DNA from: a virus
DNA: 64,000 nt
Strand: one strand, 5' to 3'
IMG/VR virus record: IMGVR_UViG_3300010883_000003
Coordinates: 32,001 to 96,000 of that record
Shown: positions 55,481 through 63,277 of the stretch, one piece after another
Numbering within the stretch: position 1 is the first letter of the stretch
Layout: each line of letters starts with the position of its first letter
Notes under the pieces: model-generated
Databases searched by the model: none
The model's input: only the letters and a program-made list of their open reading frames with translations
What the model was told of the DNA's origin: nothing
Made by a program: the position numbers and the translations under genes

Positions 55481-56377
55481 ATGACTGTAATGGATCCAAA
55501 TTCGGTTAACGCCGTGATATACCACGCTGACTGTACTGACGGTTTTGGCGCCGCATATTCTGCATGGAAGTGTTTAGGAAATCGAGCAGAGTATTACCCG
55601 TGTAAGCACGGAACAACGCCTCCTGATGTTAAAGGAAAGAATGTCGTTATACTAGATTTTTCTTTTGATAATAAAACTACAAAGAAAATGATTGAGGATG
55701 CTGCCGCCTTAATAGTAATTGACCATCATAAGTCTGCAGTCGTTGAACTACATGACATACCAAACACGTTATTTGATATGACAAAGTCTGGAGCAATTCT
55801 TTCATGGGAATGGTTCCATCCGGGTAAAGAGCCTCCGAAGTTCATTCGATATATTCAAGATAGGGACCTGTGGAAGTGGGAACTAGAGTATTCTAAAGAG
55901 TTTTCCGCCGCATTTGATATGATTCAATTTGAGTTCGAGGAATTTGAAAAGTTCGAAGATGACTCTGTATTTGATGATGCCTGTAAGCGCGGCTCGTACA
56001 TTCTTGCGTATAGTAAGACTGTGGTAAAGAAAGTTTGCGAAAAAGCCCAGCCTCGAAAAATGGACGGAAAAGACGTGCTAGTCGTAAATGCTTCTCATTG
56101 GATGTCTGAAATCGGCGCTCGTCTTGCTCCTGATTGTGACTTTGCCTTGATTTGGTATTGGGATCATGAGTCTAAAAACACTAAGGTAAGTTTAAGGGCG
56201 TTCCATGACGCCGCAGACGTTTCTGAGATCTCCAAAAGGTTCGGCGGCGGCGGCCACAGGAAGGCAGCTGGTTTTCAGCTGTCCGCAGATAAGCATATCG
56301 AGGATATTTTTGACCAACCAAAAAAGGCGTCTAGGTCAAGACGCGCTTCTACGAAAAGTAAGGATTCGAATGAGTAA
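55481..56377 (+). CDS. DHH/DHHA1 phosphoesterase
   Basis: YHADCTDGF, ILDF, IDHH, SGA.L.W, IQDRDLW, SLR, FGGGGH..AAGF. Confidence 0.88.
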   Translation: MTVMDPNSVNAVIYHADCTDGFGAAYSAWKCLGNRAEYYPCKHGTTPPDVKGKNVVILDFSFDNKTTKKMIEDAAALIVIDHHKSAVVELHDIPNTLFDMTKSGAILSWEWFHPGKEPPKFIRYIQDRDLWKWELEYSKEFSAAFDMIQFEFEEFEKFEDDSVFDDACKRGSYILAYSKTVVKKVCEKAQPRKMDGKDVLVVNASHWMSEIGARLAPDCDFALIWYWDHESKNTKVSLRAFHDAADVSEISKRFGGGGHRKAAGFQLSADKHIEDIFDQPKKASRSRRASTKSKDSNE

Positions 56378-56909
56378 GATTTATTCAACAATTATGGCCG
56401 ATCCACCGTGGTACCAACGCGGAGGCGGAAAATCAAAGCGCGGCGCGGATAGGCATTATGACATTTTAAAAGAGCATGAAATTAAAGCAGTGATGTCTAA
56501 AATGTTACAAGGCAAAGTTGCTGAAAACGCTCATATGTATATGTGGGTTGCAAATAATCACCTTGCTGAAGGTTTACGAATTCTAGAACATCTAGAGTTC
56601 AGGTATATAACCAACTTAGTATGGGCAAAGCCAAGCTTTGGACTAGGGAGATATTTTCGCGGACAGCACGAGATATGTTTATTTGCCACAAGAGGTAGAG
56701 GGTTTTCTGTTCGATCTGAAGCTAATAATGTTTCTACACTCATCGGTGGTAGTATGATCAAACCGACCAAGCACAGCACAAAGCCGCAAGAAATATACGA
56801 CTTAGTAGAATCTAGAAGCAGAGGAAGCTATCTTGAACTGTTTGCCAGAAACAGCCGACCCGGCTGGGATTGCTTGGGTAACGAAGCACCTAGCGAGGAA
56901 AATGAATGA
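56370..56909 (+). CDS. MT-A70 family N6-adenine methyltransferase
   Basis: IMADPPW, MYMW, W.K...GLG.YFRGQHE.CLFA.RG, HS.KP, YLELFAR..RPGW..LGNE. Confidence 0.9.
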   Translation: MSKIYSTIMADPPWYQRGGGKSKRGADRHYDILKEHEIKAVMSKMLQGKVAENAHMYMWVANNHLAEGLRILEHLEFRYITNLVWAKPSFGLGRYFRGQHEICLFATRGRGFSVRSEANNVSTLIGGSMIKPTKHSTKPQEIYDLVESRSRGSYLELFARNSRPGWDCLGNEAPSEENE

Positions 56910-57316
56910 GGGCATCATGGGATGACGTCTGGATGGACTTCGCTTATCTAATAGCTAAGCGCTCCTATGACCCAAGATATCAGGTCGGATCTGTTATTGT
57001 TACCGATACTAATACACAGGTCTTGGCAGTAGGATATAACGGCAATTACTCTGGTGGCCCTAATGAGGTAGAGTCTACGTTACCAGGTCAATCAGGAATG
57101 ATACATGCAGAAATTAACGCATTGATAAAACTTGATTATAATAACCCTAATAAGAAAATTATGTACCTTACGCTTAGTCCGTGTAGAGGCTGCGCAAAGG
57201 CAATTATAAACGGGGGAATATCTGAAGTGGTTTATCATAAACAATATAGAGATACCTCTGGTATAGAGCTACTACAGTCAGCCGGAATAAAAGTTCGTCA
57301 GCACTGTATGGAGTAA
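56906..57316 (+). CDS. dCMP deaminase-like zinc deaminase
   Basis: IAKRS.D...QVG, GYNG, HAEINA, TLSPCRGCAK. Confidence 0.9.
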   Translation: MRASWDDVWMDFAYLIAKRSYDPRYQVGSVIVTDTNTQVLAVGYNGNYSGGPNEVESTLPGQSGMIHAEINALIKLDYNNPNKKIMYLTLSPCRGCAKAIINGGISEVVYHKQYRDTSGIELLQSAGIKVRQHCME

Positions 57317-57373
57317 GACTCCTTGCGCGTGTATATTTAATGATGATACTAACTTTATGTGGAGTTTAATAGA

Positions 57374-58780
57374 ATGAAAAAAGCCTTAATAGAAAGCATA
57401 TCTAAGCAGTGTATAAAGCTCGTTTATAGATCTAGATTAAATGATCTCACTACAGCAGCACTTAGCGAAGGAATGACAGATGGAATTCTTTTACAGGAAG
57501 CGTTTACAAGCGAGGACGCGAACGAGTTAGAGGCTGCCACGAAAGAAATGTCTGCGGTAATTGGTTCTTTAGAAAATCGTCTTGCTGATGCCGGCGAAGG
57601 CTGGGCACCGGTTATAGACTCTTTAAAGTCAGCAGCTGGCAATTTAGATAGTAAAGCAATCGCTCAAATGGCTCTTAGCGGCGAAACCAAAAAATTAGCT
57701 AAGGCGTCCACTGAGTTCACAAAGTCTTTGCAAAGCGTAGCGGCAGAAACGGCTGCAGTCCTTGCAGCCGTAGATGGCATAAAAAAGAACTTATCGAATT
57801 TTGAGAAAGATGTTGGTGATAAAGGTGGTGAGACCATCGCAGCGTTATCGGACTCAATCGAGAAGTTCCCAGATATCTCTAAGCTAGATAAAGGTATAAG
57901 CAGCGTGTATCAGATACCAAAGTGGTTTGATTCCGCTTGGGCTGACGGCTCGAAGGCAGCCGAGAGCGAAACAGAGGGGGGCTTTTTTAAGAAAGCAATG
58001 GCATTTGTTGGTGGTATGTTTAAAGCCGATAAGACTGGCCGCTTAGTTGATGCGAAAGTGTTAGCTGATGCTGTTAAGGCAACGTCTTTCACCGCGTTAA
58101 TGGATCTGGATGTGCAAGGTGAAGTAGCAGCCTTAACTCAAGGCGCTGAAACTGCTGGTACCGAGTCAACAGAACTGGCTGCCGCCGGCGCTGGTGGTGC
58201 TGAAGGTAGCGAGGGTGGTGAAGACGACGCCGGCGGCAACGAAACCGAAGACGGCGTTACTGTTGCTACAGAAGAAGAAGCAGAAGAAGAGCAAGCTGCC
58301 GCTGAAGAAGAATTAACTGCCGCCGCTGAAGAAGTTGTCGCAGAGCCTGAGTCACCAGGCGTAGCTATCGCAAACGCTCTTGATACTTGGGCTTCCTCGT
58401 TATCTAAGTCTTCACAGTCTGCATTAGCAGCAAAGAAGAGGTTAGACAGTCTTAAGACAGGTGTTGCTGCCTCTCTAGAGAAAGCAGCTGCTGCGGTTGA
58501 ATCTGAGGTTGCTGGTGCTGTACAGGCTTGGCGAGCAGAAAACGAAGAAACGCTAATGAAGAGTAAAAGGTTCGCCAAGAAGAATTTTGATGCGCTTGAA
58601 AAAGTCATTCCTCAAATTGCGTCAGTTATGTTAAAGAAAACATCTGAGACTAAGATAAAAATGACGAAAGGCATGGTACGTAAGTCTGTCTTTAATTACC
58701 TCGATAAGCAATTTGCGAATGAAGGTATCTTATTTGAGTCAAAAAGATGGCAGTCTCTAGCAGGTATGGGGAGAAAATAA
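57374..58780 (+). CDS. Ala/Glu-rich hypothetical protein, candidate internal head protein
   Basis: GGAG SD before ATG 57374; C-terminal FESKRWQSLAGM resembles the scaffold C-terminus. Confidence 0.7.
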   Translation: MKKALIESISKQCIKLVYRSRLNDLTTAALSEGMTDGILLQEAFTSEDANELEAATKEMSAVIGSLENRLADAGEGWAPVIDSLKSAAGNLDSKAIAQMALSGETKKLAKASTEFTKSLQSVAAETAAVLAAVDGIKKNLSNFEKDVGDKGGETIAALSDSIEKFPDISKLDKGISSVYQIPKWFDSAWADGSKAAESETEGGFFKKAMAFVGGMFKADKTGRLVDAKVLADAVKATSFTALMDLDVQGEVAALTQGAETAGTESTELAAAGAGGAEGSEGGEDDAGGNETEDGVTVATEEEAEEEQAAAEEELTAAAEEVVAEPESPGVAIANALDTWASSLSKSSQSALAAKKRLDSLKTGVAASLEKAAAAVESEVAGAVQAWRAENEETLMKSKRFAKKNFDALEKVIPQIASVMLKKTSETKIKMTKGMVRKSVFNYLDKQFANEGILFESKRWQSLAGMGRK

Positions 58781-59188
58781 ATGTCTTCTACTAATACAAG
58801 GTTTCTATCCGAAATGCTACGAAACCAATATGTCGGTCGTCTTAACGAAGTTATAAAAGAAGCTGATGTATTCGATGATGAAGGCAATATGATATTGTCA
58901 CCTGACTTAAAAGTGAAACACCGTGACTCTGGTTATGAGTATACTATAGATCATGTTGAAGGTGATACCGACAATGAGATACAAATTTATCTTAGGTCAC
59001 CTGAGTCACCGAGAGTTCACCCGGCCCCTGAAGAAAAGTCGCTGTTAGGCGAACCGCGACAGGAAGATATACTAGGTGAGCAAGATCCCGCAGCAAATAT
59101 AGAGGAAGAGTTACCAAGCGAAGATCAAGAAGATGTGATCTTTGTCATCAACCAACAAGAATTTGAAAAAGAGTATGAGGTAGATTAA
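58781..59188 (+). CDS. acidic hypothetical protein
   Basis: 135 aa, abuts both neighbours. Confidence 0.7.
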   Translation: MSSTNTRFLSEMLRNQYVGRLNEVIKEADVFDDEGNMILSPDLKVKHRDSGYEYTIDHVEGDTDNEIQIYLRSPESPRVHPAPEEKSLLGEPRQEDILGEQDPAANIEEELPSEDQEDVIFVINQQEFEKEYEVD

Positions 59189-59916
59189 TGTCAACAATCA
59201 GTGATAAAGAGATTATGAAAGTTATTAGCGAAACGTTAGGTGTCGATGACATGTCTTCTCGTAAGAGCAAGCCTTTAAATGAGGCATACGTACTTGAGCC
59301 TAAGAAGTATGACATTCAAACCGATATCTTAAGCCAAAAAGCAATAAGTGCAAATATCGAAGACTTTAAGTCTGCTGTTGATATAGTAAATGAAATATCT
59401 GCGAAGCTTGATTCTGTTGATAGAAGCAATTCTAATCCAAAAGACGCTGCATTCCGGGAGCTAAAATCAGCAGAAGCCTACAATCTAAACTATGTTTTTC
59501 TAACGTCTCTTCATTTTGATAATATCGCAGACCCTACCTCAAAAGTTATGATGGATTCATTGTCATACATGAGATTGTCAAGAGACTTCGGAACGTTTGA
59601 AGATTGGCAGAAAGATTTTATTGCTTGTGCAATGGGGGCTCGTAATGGATATGTTGCGACTGTGTTCAACGGATCGCTGAACCGCTATATGAATGTCATG
59701 GTCGATGAAAATTCTTCTGGTCCTATGATGAACTGTATTCCCGTAATATGCCTGTGTGTTAAAGATAGCTTTTATTTCCGTGATTACTTAAATGACCGTA
59801 AAGCCTACATCTTCGCAATGATGAAAGAGTTAAGGTGGTCTTTAATTGAGGAAAGATTTAAGCGCGCCGACAAGCTTTCAAAAATCATGTCTAGGCCATT
59901 AGGAGATAACTCATGA
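59188..59916 (+). CDS. Fe/Mn superoxide dismutase-like protein, metal ligands degenerate
   Basis: LHFDNI, RDFGTFEDWQKDF, PVICLCVKDSFYFRDYLNDRKAYI...L.W..IEERF match the SOD C-domain, but DxWEH is replaced by CVKDS. Confidence 0.7.
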   Translation: MSTISDKEIMKVISETLGVDDMSSRKSKPLNEAYVLEPKKYDIQTDILSQKAISANIEDFKSAVDIVNEISAKLDSVDRSNSNPKDAAFRELKSAEAYNLNYVFLTSLHFDNIADPTSKVMMDSLSYMRLSRDFGTFEDWQKDFIACAMGARNGYVATVFNGSLNRYMNVMVDENSSGPMMNCIPVICLCVKDSFYFRDYLNDRKAYIFAMMKELRWSLIEERFKRADKLSKIMSRPLGDNS

Positions 59917-60536
59917 AAAGAGAACAACTAAAGAATTATTTTAGGAAGCAATACAGCTTGCTAGCAGAGCAAGATGAAGAAGATCCATTCGCGACAGATG
60001 ATGCTGCAGCCGACGAAGAGCCAGATGATGCTGCAGCCGACGAAGAGCCAGCCGACGATACTGGTGAAGAAGGCGAAGACGAAGACGAAGGCGAAGGCGA
60101 AGATGAAGATGAAGTAGAGGTTGATGAGGATGATGAACAGCGTTTTCAAAAGTCTATAGATGATCAACTCCAGGCACTCCTAATAGACATTGAGGCTGAC
60201 TCTATCAAGTCTGCAGTAGTACAGCAAGAAAGCTATAGCCTAAAGCAAATGTATATAAATGAGTCTGGCGATGTACCTATCGATACAGATAAGTTTGCAT
60301 CTGAGGTTGCCAGGCTAATATTAAATTTTGACGCTTTCCTTGATCTTGAAACGATGCTATTATCTAAAGTTAGAAGCTTTCTGGTAGACAAGCATGGCGA
60401 AGAAGCTGCTGACGAAGTTGAGAAATTATTATCCGACCGTCATGATCTTAAGCGCAGAGAAGAAGTCGAAGAAGCAGATGATATAGAAGAGCAGGTTCCT
60501 ATAGCTGTAGGCGCTACTCCAGGGGCGGGTGTGTGA
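59913..60536 (+). CDS. highly acidic hypothetical protein
   Basis: 207 aa with an Asp/Glu tract; N-terminal QLKNYF...LLAE. Confidence 0.7.
   Translation: MKREQLKNYFRKQYSLLAEQDEEDPFATDDAAADEEPDDAAADEEPADDTGEEGEDEDEGEGEDEDEVEVDEDDEQRFQKSIDDQLQALLIDIEADSIKSAVVQQESYSLKQMYINESGDVPIDTDKFASEVARLILNFDAFLDLETMLLSKVRSFLVDKHGEEAADEVEKLLSDRHDLKRREEVEEADDIEEQVPIAVGATPGAGV
59997..60050 (+). repeat. exact 27-bp tandem duplication (DDAAADEEP x2)
   Basis: gatgatgctgcagccgacgaagagcca at 59997-60023 and 60024-60050. Confidence 0.95.
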
Positions 60537-60811
60537 GTGATTTATTCGTAGTAAGGAAATCTGTCCATATTAACCTTATGAAAGAAACCCACGCAGAGCT
60601 CAGAGTTCTGGCTTTTAGAAAAAAGCTCTCTATGCAATCGATAGTCGAGGGTTTGGTTTCAAGATTAGTTAACGGTGACCCTACTTTGAGTAAAATGGTA
60701 AATCAGATGGCGGAAGAAAAATATAAAGTTGAACTTCGGAAAGTCGTTGGTACTGATGCTAGTAGTGTATACGACATTCTTGAAGGTCTAGATTCTATAA
60801 AGGACAATTAA
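60533..60811 (+). CDS. small protein, possibly ribbon-helix-helix DNA-binding
   Basis: KSVHINL..ETHAELRVLA...KLSMQSIVEGLV pattern; GTG start overlapping the upstream stop. Confidence 0.5.
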   Translation: MSDLFVVRKSVHINLMKETHAELRVLAFRKKLSMQSIVEGLVSRLVNGDPTLSKMVNQMAEEKYKVELRKVVGTDASSVYDILEGLDSIKDN

Positions 60812-61062
60812 TGTTTTGGTCAAATAACTCGAGAAGACTTAAATCACTAGAAGATAAAGTAGATCAGCTTGAGAAACAAAACGCGATTTTTGTTTTAAGC
60901 ATGCAGAACATTCAAGCTGCATTACTGAGTGCCTCTAATCTACAACAAGCTGTCGCCGGCGACGTTAGAGAGATACAAGACTTGATAAATTCCATACTGC
61001 AACAAGCTGAACAAGCGTCAACGTTACATGGTTTTGACCCAGGCGATGGGTATGAGCACTAG
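60811..61062 (+). CDS. hypothetical coiled-coil protein
   Basis: 83 aa, TAATG coupling. Confidence 0.6.
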   Translation: MFWSNNSRRLKSLEDKVDQLEKQNAIFVLSMQNIQAALLSASNLQQAVAGDVREIQDLINSILQQAEQASTLHGFDPGDGYEH

Positions 61063-61106
61063 CGTTCATAATAATTAGAGTAAAATCACTTGCGGAGAAA
61101 ATAGAG

Positions 61107-61358
61107 ATGACACCCAACCCATCTAATGATAACCAGCAGGACACTACACCAGTGATAATCCCCAAAGAATCGCTCGGCGCTATCGACCTGATTGTTGGCC
61201 GGGTGATATCTAGAAAGTTCTTTGTATTTTTAACAGCAACAGGACTGCTCACGTGGTCTAATCTAGACAGCGATACGTGGGGCATGATTGCAATGATATA
61301 CATTGGCGGTCAAACAGTCATAGACGCCGCCATCGCATGGAAACATGGATCTAAATAA
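61107..61358 (+). CDS. small two-TM membrane protein (holin-like candidate)
   Basis: ISRKFFVFLTATGLL and WGMIAMIYIGGQTVID hydrophobic segments. Confidence 0.55.
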   Translation: MTPNPSNDNQQDTTPVIIPKESLGAIDLIVGRVISRKFFVFLTATGLLTWSNLDSDTWGMIAMIYIGGQTVIDAAIAWKHGSK

Positions 61359-61724
61359 ATGAGCATTTTTTGGACAAAATTTTTGTTGTGCTGTAAAAGG
61401 CAATGGAAGCTGATAGTTGGTTTTATCACTGGCGTCTTCGCTATAGCATTGATAATTAAAAGAGGTCCCAGCAAGAAGATGTTCGAAAAAAAATCTGAGC
61501 TACAGGATAAAGTCTCTGACTCTGAGTCTACAGCACGCGAAAAGCTAGACACAGAATATCAAAAAAACCTAGAAGCGTTTCTTGATAAGAATGAACAGAT
61601 AGAAGAAGAAACGCGACAAAAGTTAAAAAGTTTAGATGATGAAAAGAAAGACAGGGTGAAAGAGCTATTAAGTTCGTCTAACCCTGAAAATGAGATTGCA
61701 AAAGCTTTAAAGAAGCTACTTTAG
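61359..61724 (+). CDS. N-terminal TM plus coiled-coil protein
   Basis: WKLIVGFITGVFAIALII followed by a charged coiled coil. Confidence 0.6.
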   Translation: MSIFWTKFLLCCKRQWKLIVGFITGVFAIALIIKRGPSKKMFEKKSELQDKVSDSESTAREKLDTEYQKNLEAFLDKNEQIEEETRQKLKSLDDEKKDRVKELLSSSNPENEIAKALKKLL

Positions 61725-61744
61725 ATTAAAATTGGAGAATAACC

Positions 61745-62722
61745 GTGAGTAAAAAATTATCGTTAAAAAGCGCGCTACTCGGAGAAGTAGAAGCAAAAAA
61801 AATATCTGGCCGAGATTTTAGGAAGTTAATTCTCGAGCAAGTTTCTTTTCTTAAAGAGCAAGACACACCCGGTGTTACTGGGGGTACTAAATTTACAGAA
61901 CAGTCAAACTTCAAAGATTTTGACGATGCTATGATAGATGAGCTTTTTGCCCAAATTAAGACTCGAGATATGAGTCAGCCGATATTCGGAGCAATGTGGG
62001 AAGCGGATCCTGATAAGACTGCTGACTGGCTCGCGAGCAAAGGTGAAGACGCAGTACGCGAAAGAATTAAGGCCGTCGCCGCAAAGATTCCAGCTACAGG
62101 ACTGCCTAAGTCTGAAATGCCGTTTCTGCCAGGCCCTCCAGACGCTGCAGGCGAAGTTGCTGACGTTGTAGATGCTCTTTCACCGGGCGGTAAAATAAAC
62201 ATTGACTTTAAAGAATCTAAAAAATCTAAGTCTAATGATCTTATAACAGAGAGATGGGGAAAAATAGCAGGTATACTTCCACTAAGCGAGATCGCACCAC
62301 CAAGTAAAGACTCTCTAGCACCCGGTACTCCTGAAACTGAAGAATACCTCACATCTGGTAACGAAGAAAATGATGGCAAGGCAGATGACGATGACGCAAA
62401 TATCAACCAGCCAGCCCAAGTCGCTGCCGCCGACGCGATTCCAACACAATCGAATATATTAATACCGAAGGCACTAGGAATGGCAGTCGGAAGTGGGGGA
62501 AACCCTCCTGTAGAAGGTGGCGACATGGGCGCTTATTTCTCCACAGACGATGAGATCCTCGACGGTCACCACCGCTGGGCTGCCACGATGCTGAACAACC
62601 CAGGTGCTTCTATAGGCGGTTTCGCAGCGATTGATTTAAAGGCTATGGGTGGAACCGAGCAGGCTCTAAAACACTTAACAGCACTCGGTAACGCTCTGGG
62701 TAACAAGACTAAAACTTCATAA
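61745..62722 (+). CDS. ParB/Srx-like domain protein
   Basis: IPTQS and ILDGHHRWAA motifs; internal ERWGKIAGI; GGAG SD, GTG start. Confidence 0.7.
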   Translation: MSKKLSLKSALLGEVEAKKISGRDFRKLILEQVSFLKEQDTPGVTGGTKFTEQSNFKDFDDAMIDELFAQIKTRDMSQPIFGAMWEADPDKTADWLASKGEDAVRERIKAVAAKIPATGLPKSEMPFLPGPPDAAGEVADVVDALSPGGKINIDFKESKKSKSNDLITERWGKIAGILPLSEIAPPSKDSLAPGTPETEEYLTSGNEENDGKADDDDANINQPAQVAAADAIPTQSNILIPKALGMAVGSGGNPPVEGGDMGAYFSTDDEILDGHHRWAATMLNNPGASIGGFAAIDLKAMGGTEQALKHLTALGNALGNKTKTS

Positions 62723-62767
62723 GATAAAACTGCTTTTACCTTATACTTTTCACGCGTAGAATACTAT

Positions 62768-63232
62768 ATGAATAAAGTACTTACTAGTTTGCTCTGTGCG
62801 TGGATTTGTTGTTGGCTTGTGGTGGCTCCTACCATTTCTTACGCTCAAGAAGCAGCACCTGAGCCTACACCGATCAAAGTTAACGATCCGGCACCATTTA
62901 GCGGAGTACTAATACCTACTATTCAAGCTGCAGATATGGTCGCTAGACTAGAGCAACAAGGGCAGGTGTGCCAAGGTAGGGTAGACACAGAGGTTGCTGC
63001 AGCTGTAAACGTTATAGATCTTCGTTTAAACAACTGTATTTCTTCAAAGGCAGTTATGGAAGAGATGTATACGTCACAACTAGTTGCTAATCGTGATTAT
63101 ATAGATTTTTTAGAAAAAAAAGCGATGGGTCCTAGAATACCACAGGAGTGGGTATTTATAATCGGGATAGTAGCTGGTGCGGGTATAGCGATTGGCGCTG
63201 GATATGCAATGCATGAAGCGGCTTCTCATTAG
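62768..63232 (+). CDS. exported protein: signal peptide, coiled coil, C-terminal TM
   Basis: Hydrophobic N-terminus ending SYA|QE; APFSGVLI; C-terminal WVFIIGIVAGAGIAIGA. Confidence 0.65.
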   Translation: MNKVLTSLLCAWICCWLVVAPTISYAQEAAPEPTPIKVNDPAPFSGVLIPTIQAADMVARLEQQGQVCQGRVDTEVAAAVNVIDLRLNNCISSKAVMEEMYTSQLVANRDYIDFLEKKAMGPRIPQEWVFIIGIVAGAGIAIGAGYAMHEAASH

Positions 63233-63277
63233 CAAACTAACTACTAACTCCATACTTAATATGTGAGGTGTTTTATT

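Noticed and set aside
56205-56369. N-terminal extension of the MT-A70 ORF given in the track
   Set aside because: It overlaps the conserved DHHA1 end of the upstream gene; ATG 56370 with AAGGA SD gives a typical MT-A70 start.
59997-60130. CRISPR-like or regulatory repeat
   Set aside because: Only two adjacent in-frame 27-bp copies without spacers, inside an acidic low-complexity coding tract.
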